IMG/VR virus record: IMGVR_UViG_3300029288_000066
Span: 164,887 to 228,886 of that record
Length of the DNA: 64,000 nucleotides
From: a virus
Lineage: Duplodnaviria > Caudoviricetes
Strand: one strand, 5' to 3'
This document shows, piece by piece, positions 18,380-28,189 of this stretch. The position numbers and the translations under genes are program-made. Numbering within the stretch: position 1 is the first letter of the stretch; each line of letters starts with the position of its first letter. The notes under the pieces are model-generated. The model did no database searches. It was not told the DNA's origin and saw nothing but the letters and a program-made list of their open reading frames with translations.

Positions 18380-18876
18380 TATTCGCTATTCTTAATAACT
18401 TTCCCATTAAGAGTGTGAGTGCAACAAGAACAAAGTGAAAGTTCACATTTTGCATTTTTATCAATAAACTGAAGAATTCCATTTTCATCTACTGTTAATG
18501 AGTGATACATTGAGCCTTCTCCCAAGCGAACAATAGGTGGCACTTTCCCATGAAGTGGATGAACAATTGTTAAATCAGGATATACCAAATAAAAGATATT
18601 TTTTTCGCCTTCTTTTCCATTAAGCCTAGAAACAGCCTCTGCATGCACATCATTCCATGGCTTCCCCACTTTCGATTGTAAAAATCTGTATAATGGAGTA
18701 TAATCATATCCCAGATTGTTTTTTGGATTCATATTTTTTTTATTTCCTTGGAAATTTTTCATTTCCTTTGTATGCCTTTCGTGTCTGAAGTCACCACCTT
18801 TTATTACATAATAGTGTGTACTAAGAGATGATTTATTCTCTTTTCTAAACAACGGTTTTTTTCTATCTTGTTTCAT
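18379..18876 (-). CDS. hypothetical protein
   Basis: 165-aa ORF. Confidence 0.65.
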   Translation of the reverse strand: MKQDRKKPLFRKENKSSLSTHYYVIKGGDFRHERHTKEMKNFQGNKKNMNPKNNLGYDYTPLYRFLQSKVGKPWNDVHAEAVSRLNGKEGEKNIFYLVYPDLTIVHPLHGKVPPIVRLGEGSMYHSLTVDENGILQFIDKNAKCELSLCSCCTHTLNGKVIKNSE

Positions 18877-18908
18877 ATAGATTTATACGAGAAAAACTAG
18901 AATAAGTT

Positions 18909-20375
18909 TCAATCTTTTTCTTTGGGAAAAATACTTCCATTTCCTGCGGGAGGTGCTTGCGCTTGGAAATTACCTATTTCAATTTGGTTGGCTTCGTCAA
19001 ATACTCCTCTTTTTATAACCTCTTTGTTTGCTCTAAACTCTCTTATAACACCTCTTACTGTAAACGGGTGTTCTAACGGTTCCCAGTTTTTAATTAATTT
19101 TGAATCTGATGGTGCATATTTAAATCCTAAAGTAATGTGTTGAAATTCGTTGTCAGAAAAATAGTCCCCAGAGACACCAAGAGCAACTGCATCGTCTGAT
19201 ATTCCAAAAGTTTCAATATTAAGCACAACTTCTTTATCTAAATCTCTTTTAAATCGCAACGGGAGCTCTCCTAAGCCTATGGTCATGTGATAATCTAATG
19301 TTCCATCTTTAAAAGCAGGCCTGGTAAAAAATCTTTCTGGAATTTTTCCTTGTGCTTTTAAAGAATCATAAACATCGCTTATTTTCTTTTTCTCGGACTC
19401 ATCTTCAATTGAAACTGCTGTAAATGCAGCAGTTGGAATCTGCTGTTTTAGTTTGACTTCTCTTATTTCTTTAACTTTGTCAAAGAATTCTCGATGGAAT
19501 TCATCATATCCTTTATCAGATAATTTTGCAATAGGATTTGCTTTTATTTCCAAATTAACACTTAATGGAACATTTAATATTTTTGCAGCACAATATCTGT
19601 GATGTCCATCTTCAATATAAAATTTTCTTCCATCAAAACTTACATCAATAGGTTCAGATAAATTAATCTTCTTAGCCCATTCAGTTTTTGAAATTCCCTT
19701 TTTTTGATTATTAGCAATTTCCCATATAACGTTTTCAAAATCGTCTTTCCATTTAATAGAAAGCTGTTTGGGCATCAAACTTTTCACACTTTCTTCTGTA
19801 AATCCAAAAGCAGCTAAATCAAGAGCTTCGGTTGAAAACCCTCCGCTTCTTAACAATTCTTCTGATGTATTATGTTTCTTTGCTTCTTTTTCTAGCATCT
19901 GAAACCCTATCGACTGTGGAGTGTTCTTTTTTTTTGTATATACTAATTTATCAATTTCCTCTCGTATAATTTGTTTTATAATGTTACGTGCTTCATTTGT
20001 TGTTCCATATTTATCAATAGCTCTCAGCACTGTTTCATTGTCAAACAAATCATATATAAAATTATATTTCCTGGTTTCTTTATAAACTCCACCACCGCCA
20101 GGCAGTTGTGTATATGGTTTCCCAGTTGGAAAATCTTGAAATAAAACTTTTGATAAATAATAGTCTTTTAAAAAAATATGATTTTTTGTTTTTTCGTGTT
20201 GTCTTGGGTCATGAGACTTAAGCCAATCTTTTTGTTCATCACTTAATTTGTTTACTTTAAAAACCTCTTTTGTATTATCGAACCCAACAAATCTAGAATC
20301 TGGATATTCATAAGCAACACTCAGTATATATAAATCTGCTCCTTTTTTGTAAAGAGCAAAGCCCTTATTTGTCAT
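18909..20375 (-). CDS. ParB/Srx-like domain fused to a 2H phosphoesterase
   Basis: IEDGHHRY; paired HMT and HIT motifs. Confidence 0.65.
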   Translation of the reverse strand: MTNKGFALYKKGADLYILSVAYEYPDSRFVGFDNTKEVFKVNKLSDEQKDWLKSHDPRQHEKTKNHIFLKDYYLSKVLFQDFPTGKPYTQLPGGGGVYKETRKYNFIYDLFDNETVLRAIDKYGTTNEARNIIKQIIREEIDKLVYTKKKNTPQSIGFQMLEKEAKKHNTSEELLRSGGFSTEALDLAAFGFTEESVKSLMPKQLSIKWKDDFENVIWEIANNQKKGISKTEWAKKINLSEPIDVSFDGRKFYIEDGHHRYCAAKILNVPLSVNLEIKANPIAKLSDKGYDEFHREFFDKVKEIREVKLKQQIPTAAFTAVSIEDESEKKKISDVYDSLKAQGKIPERFFTRPAFKDGTLDYHMTIGLGELPLRFKRDLDKEVVLNIETFGISDDAVALGVSGDYFSDNEFQHITLGFKYAPSDSKLIKNWEPLEHPFTVRGVIREFRANKEVIKRGVFDEANQIEIGNFQAQAPPAGNGSIFPKEKD

Positions 20376-20414
20376 AATTTTTATTTACTATAAATATAAC
20401 AAAAAAGGAGATTT

Positions 20415-20663
20415 TCATCTCCTCACATAATTGTTCTTTTTAGGTGTTGACCTTTTAATTAACGACTTAAATCCCCCAAATACCATATTGATTGGAATCC
20501 AAAATGGGGCGGTAAGCACAGCCCATTTGAGAATAAAAAAAATAAAATAAGCAACAGCTGACACCAAAAGACATGCATATAACCACCCTTGGCTAAATAC
20601 ATCAACGTCATATTGGAATAAGCTCCACAAAAGTTTAAGGTATTGATTAAAAATTTCTTCCAT
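20415..20663 (-). CDS. small membrane protein
   Basis: Hydrophobic core. Confidence 0.6.
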   Translation of the reverse strand: MEEIFNQYLKLLWSLFQYDVDVFSQGWLYACLLVSAVAYFIFFILKWAVLTAPFWIPINMVFGGFKSLIKRSTPKKNNYVRR

Positions 20664-20709
20664 AATTTTGAGTTTTTAATGTTTACGCAAATATATGAAA
20701 AAAGTTGCA

Positions 20710-21051
20710 CTAATCATATTTATCCATAAAATATTTTAGAAGAAGATAAGATACATAGCAAACAAAGCTGCTTGCAAATCCATAACATATATTGAATAAA
20801 TCGCTCCACATAAGGTTTGAGAATTCCCCGCCGTGCCACATAAATAAAGCTCTAATTATTAAACCAATCCAAAACCCCATACATTGTGGGCATTTCAATA
20901 ACTTTCCCAGCTTTGGGCTTATAGAGCTTGCTTTATCTCGTATAGGCTTGAGCAAATACGATATGTTAATTATAAATGTGGCTCCCAGACAGGAAAGAAA
21001 AAATAATAATAATTCCATAAATTTATTTAGCTGAAGTCTCTTCAGCATCAC
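20710..21051 (-). CDS. membrane protein with CPQC motif (DUF1360-like)
   Basis: LGKLLKCPQCMGFWIG between transmembrane segments. Confidence 0.65.
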   Translation of the reverse strand: MMLKRLQLNKFMELLLFFLSCLGATFIINISYLLKPIRDKASSISPKLGKLLKCPQCMGFWIGLIIRALFMWHGGEFSNLMWSDLFNICYGFASSFVCYVSYLLLKYFMDKYD

Positions 21052-21108
21052 CTACGAACCGCCGCAACAATGTGTAACTGGCCTTAAGAAAAATTTAATT
21101 GTTACCAT
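21052..21108 (-). CDS. 18-aa uORF MVTIKFFLRPVTHCCGGS ending in TAG, in frame with the downstream gene
   Basis: ATG follows a TATTTATA motif; TAG directly abuts GTG at 21051. Confidence 0.45.
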   Translation of the reverse strand: MVTIKFFLRPVTHCCGGS

Positions 21109-21186
21109 AATGTAAAGGTTTTTATATAAATATAGCCAAAAATAAAAAAAAGTAAACATTAAGCGGTCTTATTTTAAAAAAAACTA

Positions 21187-21195
21187 CTATTTATA
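21187..21195 (+). promoter_or_regulatory. phage promoter motif (C)TATTTAT(A) (representative copy)
   Basis: Found about 10-35 nt upstream of many starts on the coding strand, e.g. near 1871, 4655, 6947, 8729, 22384, 47069, 57720 (plus) and 12345, 20392, 25757, 27192, 45774, 56735 (minus). Confidence 0.7.
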
Positions 21196-21216
21196 TAAAA
21201 CAAAAATCCTAATCCT

Positions 21217-21600
21217 ATGAAAACAGAAGAATTAAAACAAATAATTTTAAAAGAGGCCATATACATCAAAAACCTTATCGAAGAAAAGAAACAAATTGAA
21301 GAGGCTTTGAAAAACCTGGAAGAAGGTAAAAAAATAGAAGACGAAGGTGTTGGAATCGGAAAAAGTCTTGCCAATAAAAAAAGTGTTAACAAAAGATTGG
21401 ATGACCCACACAGATTAAAAGAAGAAGAAGAAGCGGTGGAAGATGAAAGCCTTGATGAAGTTACAGGCATTGGTCTTGGCGTAAGCAAAAGAGCAGAAAA
21501 CAGAAGAGATGAATTGAACGAATCTATAATTCTTTGTAGAAAAGCTGTTAGAGAACAACTTTACGAGTCTTATGGACTTAATGACCTAAAAAAGTCTTAG
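21217..21600 (+). CDS. hypothetical protein with LKQIILKE motif
   Basis: 127 aa; internal duplication (EGVGIGKS / TGIGLGVS). Confidence 0.65.
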   Translation: MKTEELKQIILKEAIYIKNLIEEKKQIEEALKNLEEGKKIEDEGVGIGKSLANKKSVNKRLDDPHRLKEEEEAVEDESLDEVTGIGLGVSKRAENRRDELNESIILCRKAVREQLYESYGLNDLKKS

Positions 21601-21643
21601 TTAAAAATGACATTGGTAAAAACCCCCAACTAAGGGGGTTTTT

Positions 21644-22330
21644 TTATGCCATTAATTTATCATAAAGCCACTTTGTTCCCCTAGTCGCTTTGTCTACAAT
21701 AAAAGTTCTGCCTTCTGCTGGGGCTAAGTTAACATTATTTGGGTCAATTACATAAATTTGTTCTCCATGAAAATATTTAATTAAATCTGCCGCAGGAAAA
21801 ACAACCAAAGAAGTTCCAACTATAATTAAAAAATCCGCATTTTCCATTGCTTTCATGGCTTTTTTGAATTCTCCCGTAGGCAAAGACTCTCCAAACAACA
21901 CAGTGTTGTGACGCAACTGAGAATTATCATCAGCTTTATCTCCAAGTTTAATATCGCCACTTAAAGGATATGTTTTGTTAGGGTTCATTGAACTCTTTGA
22001 TTCAGCTATATTTCCGTGAACGTGAATTACATTTGTCGACCCACCTCTTTCGTGTAGGTTGTCTATATTTTGTGTGACAACCGTTACATCATATCTTTCT
22101 TCCAGCTTTGCCAGGGTTTTATGCGCATCGTTTGGCTCACACTTTGAGAACTCTTTTGCAAATTCATTGTGAAATTTTAAAACTTTCTCCTTATCTTTTT
22201 TCCATCCAGACATAGAGGCCACCTCATCAGCAATGTGTTTATTCCAAAGACCTTCATTATCTCTGAATGTCGGAATTCCACTTTCTGCAGATATGCCCGC
22301 ACCTGTAAAAACTACAATTTTCTTTTTCAT
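21644..22330 (-). CDS. cobB: NAD-dependent deacylase (sirtuin)
   Basis: GAGISAESGIPTFRD, TQNIDNLHE, HG, GTSLVVFPAA. Confidence 0.92.
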   Translation of the reverse strand: MKKKIVVFTGAGISAESGIPTFRDNEGLWNKHIADEVASMSGWKKDKEKVLKFHNEFAKEFSKCEPNDAHKTLAKLEERYDVTVVTQNIDNLHERGGSTNVIHVHGNIAESKSSMNPNKTYPLSGDIKLGDKADDNSQLRHNTVLFGESLPTGEFKKAMKAMENADFLIIVGTSLVVFPAADLIKYFHGEQIYVIDPNNVNLAPAEGRTFIVDKATRGTKWLYDKLMA

Positions 22331-22396
22331 AAATTATTTTTTTTCTTATACGTAGTTAAAAATAAAAAGTTAAAAAAAAGGAACTATTTATATTCA

Positions 22397-23038
22397 ATGG
22401 AACCTAGCATCACATATCTACATCTGAGAAATAACATTGCCCAACTTCCTGTCAAAGAAAGACATGAGTTGTTAATGCAACTCATTGAAAATGGTATAGA
22501 CTTGACCAGAGAAGAGGAAGAATATCTTTCAAGACATGATATGAAATATTATGTTGGCAAATTATTCCAACGAATGAGCCATCCAACAGCATATGAATTG
22601 AATTTTGCCGATGATACTGAGAAGGATATTTATGTTATGAATCCCAAAAGGTTGGAAATTTTGATTCCAATTATGAAAGACTTAGACGATTCCTGGAGAA
22701 AAACAATTCTCACCATGGCCGTTTTTTCGAATAAAGGACTTGAAGATTCTGTTTTTAAAACACTACCAGACAAAGACAAAAGATTTTACGCCAACTTGTG
22801 TATAGTCAATTCGGATTATTCATCTGCGGAGGTTGTAAAATATATGAGCCCCAAAAATCAAAGACTTGTTATTAAACAAATTTTAGAAAGAGGAGAGGCA
22901 TTTTCCAATGACCACTTTAAAAGTTTAACAAAAGAAAATCAAAGACTTTATCGAAAACTAGACAGAAAAAGAAAGAACATACAAGAGTCTGTTAGAAATT
23001 TTATTAGAAAAATTATCAACGAAACCGTTGAAAAATAA
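22397..23038 (+). CDS. hypothetical protein with C-terminal VRNFIRKIINE motif
   Basis: ATG follows CTATTTATA. Confidence 0.65.
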   Translation: MEPSITYLHLRNNIAQLPVKERHELLMQLIENGIDLTREEEEYLSRHDMKYYVGKLFQRMSHPTAYELNFADDTEKDIYVMNPKRLEILIPIMKDLDDSWRKTILTMAVFSNKGLEDSVFKTLPDKDKRFYANLCIVNSDYSSAEVVKYMSPKNQRLVIKQILERGEAFSNDHFKSLTKENQRLYRKLDRKRKNIQESVRNFIRKIINETVEK

Positions 23039-23075
23039 AGAAATTTAATTCTTGGCATGGTTGTTGTAATGTATA

Positions 23076-24242
23076 ATGAAACAAAAGACCATGAAAACTA
23101 TATTAATCACAATCGCACTCGTTTTAATGTCATTCGCATCATACTCTCAGTATGTCGATGATGTTTATTACACGTCAAAGGACAAGAAGAAATCTTCCCA
23201 AGTTATTGATACAACCGCTAAGGTTGTTGATACTACTTATTCCACAGAAAATAAAACATACGTAACAAATAATTATTTCGATTCTGATGATTATTATGAT
23301 TACGAATACACCGCAAATCTAAGAAGATACTATTCAAATTATACATTTGGATATTATTCTGATTATTACACCAACTACTATTGGTATAATTATGACCCCT
23401 ACTACTACGGTTATAACATATACGATTCATACAACTGGTATACTCCTTACTATCATTACTATGGATGGAACCATGGTTGGTATTACTCATATAGTCCATA
23501 CTGGTACTACGGCGGATGGGGTTATTACAACTATTGGAGTTATAATAATTACTGGAATTATTACGCTTATAATGACCATTGGGGACATAATCATGATTGG
23601 AACCATGATGGACACAATCACGATGGACACCACAATCACGACGGGAACCACAATCACGACGGAAACAACGGTGGTGGAGGAGACAACGGATATTATGGTC
23701 CTAGACAAACAACTGCTACTAACAGTTCATCTTCTACGCAACCAACAAATAGTAATCCAAAAACATATAACAGTTCATCAACATCTATATCAACAAACTA
23801 TAGTAAACCTAAAACTTATAGTAACACTGTTTCTGTAAAACCAAAATACAGTGCTCCAACCAATACAAATGTTGTGCAAAGTAAACCAAGGAACTATAAT
23901 GCTCCAACGTATAATAAACCAAAAACATATACTAGTCCTACTTATTCTGCACCAAAATATTCACAAGAATACTATAACACACCAAAGCCAAGCTCAAACT
24001 ACAGCACGCCAAAATCAAATTACAACTCTGGCTCAAATTACAGCAGCCCAAAGTCAAGCTCAAATTACAGTAGCCCAAAATCAAGCTCAAGTTACAGCAG
24101 CCCAAAGTCAAGCTCAAGTTATAGCAGCCCAAAGTCAAGCTCAAGTTACAGCAGCCCAAAGTCAAGCTCAAGTTACAGCAGCCCAAAATCAAGCTATGGA
24201 AGTAGGTCAAATGCGGGGAGCTCTAGTTCAAAAAGGAGATAA
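23076..24242 (+). CDS. Bacteroidota-type secreted low-complexity (Tyr/Trp-rich, Ser-rich) protein
   Basis: Signal peptide, DDVYY motif, NHDG and SSSYSSPK repeats. Confidence 0.7.
   Translation: MKQKTMKTILITIALVLMSFASYSQYVDDVYYTSKDKKKSSQVIDTTAKVVDTTYSTENKTYVTNNYFDSDDYYDYEYTANLRRYYSNYTFGYYSDYYTNYYWYNYDPYYYGYNIYDSYNWYTPYYHYYGWNHGWYYSYSPYWYYGGWGYYNYWSYNNYWNYYAYNDHWGHNHDWNHDGHNHDGHHNHDGNHNHDGNNGGGGDNGYYGPRQTTATNSSSSTQPTNSNPKTYNSSSTSISTNYSKPKTYSNTVSVKPKYSAPTNTNVVQSKPRNYNAPTYNKPKTYTSPTYSAPKYSQEYYNTPKPSSNYSTPKSNYNSGSNYSSPKSSSNYSSPKSSSSYSSPKSSSSYSSPKSSSSYSSPKSSSSYSSPKSSYGSRSNAGSSSSKRR
24030..24195 (+). repeat. 24-nt coding tandem repeat (SSSYSSPK)
   Basis: CAAGCTCAAGTTACAGCAGCCCAAAGT-type units. Confidence 0.85.
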
Positions 24243-24257
24243 TAAAAAAAGGGGAAT

Positions 24258-25318
24258 TTACTTCCCCTTTTTCTTTTCTGCAACAGCTTCATCCATTGTT
24301 TTCCCCTTAAACTTATTGCTTCGAACAAAATTAACTTGGCACTTTCCAAGCTCTTTGCTAAAATTTTTCTGTTTTTTGAAACAGTCGCTTCTACTGTTAT
24401 TTCCCCATATTTTATAATTTCTCAGAGCCTCAGTTCCGCAACACTCTGAATTACATCCAAGCTCCATAAAATCATTATCAGCTACAAAAAATTTAATATC
24501 ATAGTGTCCACACAGCTGTTATCAGAACCAGATATGTTTCCAAATGTTTTATAATATTCAATAATGTTATGTCCCAAAAAATCTCCTATCTTATTCATAA
24601 TTTTTTTCTCACCTTCTGGCATCGTAATACGAACTTTTAACCCCTCAATATTTACCGCCCAACAACCTGCTTCTTTTGCCATTTTAATGAGTTCTGGCAA
24701 ATCTTCTATAATTTTTGGATATATGGCAGGCTGAATCTTAATCATTATTTTATAGCCCTTCTCTGTAAGTTTTTTAATTGCATCTAGTCTGCTTTTTGCA
24801 GAAGGAGCATTCGGCTCACATACTTTAATAAATTTCTCATCTGTTGAAATAAGTGTCACTGCAATAGTCCAATTGGGATTTTTGAAATCATCTGCAATGT
24901 CACAAATTCCTGCAGGATTCTTCGTTTGAATTTCTACTGGATAATCAAACTTGTGAAATACTTTAAGGATATCGTAAGTAATTTTACTTTTCCATTCGGC
25001 ATAAGGAAAGGGGTCAGCCGTGGCACCAATCTTAATTGGAATTCTTTCTTTAAATGCCACCTCTTCTGGTTTGTTGTAATCGTATTCTTTTGTATTTGTC
25101 CTTTCTATCCACTTTTCTAAAAGGTCAGCTCTATTTCCGACCAAATAAGAGAATGATTTTTCATTTCCGATTTTGTTTCTTCTGCTGAATGTAACAAAGT
25201 CCCTGGCAAAACAATAAGAACAATTAAAAGAACATCCCCTATATGTATCCATGTGGTAGGGGATGGGGCAATGAATAAACTGTGATGTAATTGATGGTTT
25301 CCAAAATTTCTTTTCCAT
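24258..25318 (-). pseudogene. radical SAM protein (SplB-like), frame break near 24515
   Basis: CSFNCSYC motif; SGSD continues as QLCGHYDIKFFVADNDFMELGCNSECCG in another frame. Confidence 0.7.
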
Positions 25319-25370
25319 AACTTATTTAGCTTTCACTAAACTTAGTTATTTATTCTAGAAAAGTAAACAA

Positions 25371-25742
25371 TTAATACATTGCCCCTGGAGGCAATGGTGG
25401 AGTTGGTTTATATTCACCACTTGTTACATTAAAAGCAATTCTCAGGTGAGAATTCTTATCAAATTCTTCTGGAAACTTATTTTTTAATTCTTCTATTTTT
25501 TCTCTAACCGCAGTTCTTAATGGGTCTGGTGGGTTAAAAGGAAAATGAAATCCACATGTTATACCAAGCAGATAATCATCTAGTTCTTTGCAAGTACTCA
25601 TGGAATTAATTTTTTTTATTTCTTGATTCCTATATTCTTCCATTTCTTTTTCAGTAGGATATGAGTCATCAGAATCATTTTGCTTTGTTTCAAAAACTTC
25701 ATCAATTGACTCTCTTATAAGTTTTCTTATTTTATCTTTCAT
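25371..25742 (-). CDS. hypothetical protein with N-terminal KIRKLIRE motif
   Basis: 123-aa ORF. Confidence 0.65.
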   Translation of the reverse strand: MKDKIRKLIRESIDEVFETKQNDSDDSYPTEKEMEEYRNQEIKKINSMSTCKELDDYLLGITCGFHFPFNPPDPLRTAVREKIEELKNKFPEEFDKNSHLRIAFNVTSGEYKPTPPLPPGAMY

Positions 25743-25789
25743 ATGTTATTTTTTATATAAATATAAGAAAACAATAAAAAAATATAAAG

Positions 25790-25864
25790 TGGTACCCTCA
25801 CCCAGAATCGAACTGGGATTTAAAGTTTAGGAAACTTCCGTTCTGTCCGTTGAACTATGAAGGC
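25790..25864 (-). tRNA. tRNA-Arg (CCT)
   Basis: GAAGT-TTCCTAA-ACTTT; encoded CCA. Confidence 0.9.
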
Positions 25865-25869
25865 ATTTG

Positions 25870-26043
25870 TTACATAAATTTTAACCTCAGCTTCGCCTTA
25901 TCGTACTTTGCCAAAGCTTTTTCATATTCTTCCTTAGAAACATTCTTTTTAAAGTTTTCACTTTGAACACGCTTTCTAAGAAATTCTACATATTCCTTAT
26001 GTCTTTCGACATCATCTTTTTTATTTTCTTGTTTCTTTTTCAT
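25870..26043 (-). CDS. small basic hypothetical protein
   Basis: MKKKQENK... ORF. Confidence 0.55.
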   Translation of the reverse strand: MKKKQENKKDDVERHKEYVEFLRKRVQSENFKKNVSKEEYEKALAKYDKAKLRLKFM

Positions 26044-26239
26044 AACTTCCATCTGGTAATTCTGGCAACAGCTGCCAGTGTGTAACATTCATAATTGACC
26101 ATCCTTTGCAATGCCCCGTTGGCTCATTCTTGTGACCATAGCCCCAAAAATAAGCTGTCACAATGCCAATTGGCGTTCCGCAAGCCAACACCTTTGTCCC
26201 AGGAGTTGGTAATTCATCCTTAATTGAAATCCATGTCAT
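26021..26239 (-). CDS. DUF551-like phage protein
   Basis: WISIKDELP...VTHWQLLPELP. Confidence 0.75.
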   Translation of the reverse strand: MTWISIKDELPTPGTKVLACGTPIGIVTAYFWGYGHKNEPTGHCKGWSIMNVTHWQLLPELPDGSYEKETRK

Positions 26240-26406
26240 ATTAATTTCTTTTAACCTCTCAGCAGAAAAATCAGGATACCTAACCGATATTGCGTTCGGG
26301 AACCTTTCAGTCCTCGGTGGTAAGAATGGGAAACTTTGGACATCTCCACTTACATACAACGGTATCCTAACCTCACTTTTTCATTTTCTGCCTTACTATT
26401 TTATTT

Positions 26407-27183
26407 TTAAATTATTTTATATGATTTTGCCCATTTTCTAATTGCATTGTCAGACACTCCATATTTTCTTCCAACAGCACAAAAAGACATTTTATTTAAC
26501 ATTTCTTGTAATTCCTCTTTTGTTGGCCTATCTTCTACCTTTCTAATATTTTCTCTAAGAAAACATTTTTTCTTATAAAAGTCAGGAGCATTCCTTTTTA
26601 CAAAGCCTCTTACATATTCCATACTCAATCCAGTTAAAATTGTAGTGTTATATACCCAGCTTTTCTTTGAAAAATCTATATTAGAATTCATTATTATATC
26701 AATATCTAATTTTACTCTTTCTGTCTTTATATTCTTTCCAGCATATGTTTTGGTTTGAGAATGACAGTTAGGGCACAACAATTCTAAATTTTCTAATCTA
26801 TTATCATTATGTGTTCCATTTTTATGTTCTAAGTGCAAAGAGATATAAAATCCATTCCATTCACTAATATTACATTTATTACATTTATATTCTAATAATC
26901 CTTCTTTTAATAATCTTTTTTTTAAACTCTCGTTGTTTTTATAGAGAGAATTTTCTATAAGAATTTCTTCCAAAGAATACTTTTTATTATTCTTTTCATA
27001 ATTAAAATTTCTTTTAAAGCTTGGGATGACTACCCCAAGAGTTTTGCAGTGTGACCTAAATGTTCTATAGGCTCCAGACCCATTAGAGTTAATACCTAAT
27101 TCAATAAAAATTTTTCTTAAAGAATCATATTTGTCAAAGAACGTTAAAAGCTCTTCTTTGGTTAAATTGACTATTTTTTTCAT
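26407..27183 (-). CDS. HNH homing endonuclease
   Basis: LEHKNGTHNDNRLENLELLCPNCH; C-terminal HTH GRKYGVSDNAIRKW. Confidence 0.85.
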   Translation of the reverse strand: MKKIVNLTKEELLTFFDKYDSLRKIFIELGINSNGSGAYRTFRSHCKTLGVVIPSFKRNFNYEKNNKKYSLEEILIENSLYKNNESLKKRLLKEGLLEYKCNKCNISEWNGFYISLHLEHKNGTHNDNRLENLELLCPNCHSQTKTYAGKNIKTERVKLDIDIIMNSNIDFSKKSWVYNTTILTGLSMEYVRGFVKRNAPDFYKKKCFLRENIRKVEDRPTKEELQEMLNKMSFCAVGRKYGVSDNAIRKWAKSYKII

Positions 27184-27255
27184 TTTTATTTATAAATAGT
27201 CAAAAAAAGTCAAATTAACCTGTAAAAAAATCTTTTAATTTGATGCTTATTTTAG

Positions 27256-27328
27256 CAGCCCAGGCAGGACTCAAACCTGCAACCAACGCTTTTGGAGAGC
27301 GCCATTCTATCAATTGAACTACTGACCT
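27256..27328 (-). tRNA. tRNA-Trp (CCA), A19:U56
   Basis: GCGCT-CTCCAAA-AGCGT. Confidence 0.82.
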
Positions 27329-27333
27329 ATTTG

Positions 27334-27404
27334 CAAGCATGGAAAGGTTCGAACTCTCGACTTTGGGTTTGGAAGCCAACGTGTTGCCACTACACCACAC
27401 ACCT
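27334..27404 (-). tRNA. tRNA-Trp (CCA)
   Basis: TTGGC-TTCCAAA-CCCAA; G73. Confidence 0.78.
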
Positions 27405-27412
27405 GTATTTTG

Positions 27413-27491
27413 CATAGGCAGAAGGATTCGAACCCTCACAGTTTTCACCACGCTTTTGGAGAGCGCTTATCTCACCAATGAATGTGCCTAT
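27413..27491 (-). tRNA. tRNA-Trp (CCA) with extended variable arm
   Basis: GCGCT-CTCCAAA-AGCGT followed by GGT-GAAA-ACT. Confidence 0.75.
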
Positions 27492-27674
27492 ATCTTTTTT
27501 CTTTCTCTTCTTAAATTATCCAACTCTACCTGCAAAACATTTCTTTTTTTATACAATTCAATTACCTTATCAATTGTTTCAGTATAATCAAAATTACGTT
27601 TGGCAAGTCTTTCAATTACCTCCTTTCTATTTTCTACTATGTACTTTATTTGTAACATCTTTTTTATTATTTTG

Positions 27675-27746
27675 TACCCAGGGAGGGACTCGAACCCCCG
27701 ACCAAAGCCTTAGAAGAGCCACGTTCTTCCACTGAACTACCTGGGC
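27675..27746 (-). tRNA. tRNA-Arg (TCT)
   Basis: Loop CTTCTAA; weak anticodon stem. Confidence 0.8.
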
Positions 27747-27837
27747 ATAACCAGAAAGATAGCACTGTTCCCCAAAAACCCACCACCAAGTGCCCTGGCG
27801 TAGACCAACGGTTGGGGTCTAAATTATCTTTCCTTTG

Positions 27838-27911
27838 TCTCTCTGGCGGGAGTTGGACCCACAACCTTCAGATTAGAAGTCTGACGCTCTATCCAGTTGA
27901 GCTACAGAGAG
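27838..27911 (-). tRNA. tRNA-Arg (TCT)
   Basis: TCAGA-CTTCTAA-TCTGA. Confidence 0.88.
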
Positions 27912-27916
27912 AATTT

Positions 27917-28006
27917 TGGCGGTAAGTAAGGGATTCGAACCCCTGGTGCCCTTTCGAGCACACATGCTTTCCAAGCATGCGCCTTAAACCACTCGGCCAA
28001 CTTACC
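27917..28006 (-). tRNA. tRNA-Ser (GGA)
   Basis: Canonical class II tRNA with encoded CCA. Confidence 0.92.
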
Positions 28007-28011
28007 ATTTG

Positions 28012-28098
28012 CGGAAGAAAGAGAGAACGATTCCCACGCCCCTAAAGGCGCCAACGGTATTCGAAGCCGTGGTGTCGCCACCCGACACTTTTTCTTCC
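28012..28098 (-). tRNA. tRNA-Ser (CGA), 8/4 allo-tRNA-like fold
   Basis: 8-bp acceptor, 6-bp D stem GTGTCG/CGACAC, long variable arm, 4-bp T stem. Confidence 0.7.
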
Positions 28099-28104
28099 AG
28101 TTTG

Positions 28105-28189
28105 CGGAGAGTGCGAGTACCGACCTCGCTTGGGCATTACCCCATCCTAAGTTTAGCAAACTTGACTCTTACCTTTCGAGCAACTCTCC
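28105..28189 (-). tRNA. tRNA-Ser (GCT), divergent T loop
   Basis: CAAGT-TTGCTAA-ACTTA. Confidence 0.75.

Noticed and set aside
23347-24417. Overlapping ORFs 23347..23838 and 23851..24417, and antisense ORFs over ssb
   Set aside because: Shadow frames of low-complexity coding repeats.
24258-24500. TAG readthrough joining the two radical SAM ORFs
   Set aside because: The downstream part is in a different frame, so this is a frameshift rather than an in-frame stop.
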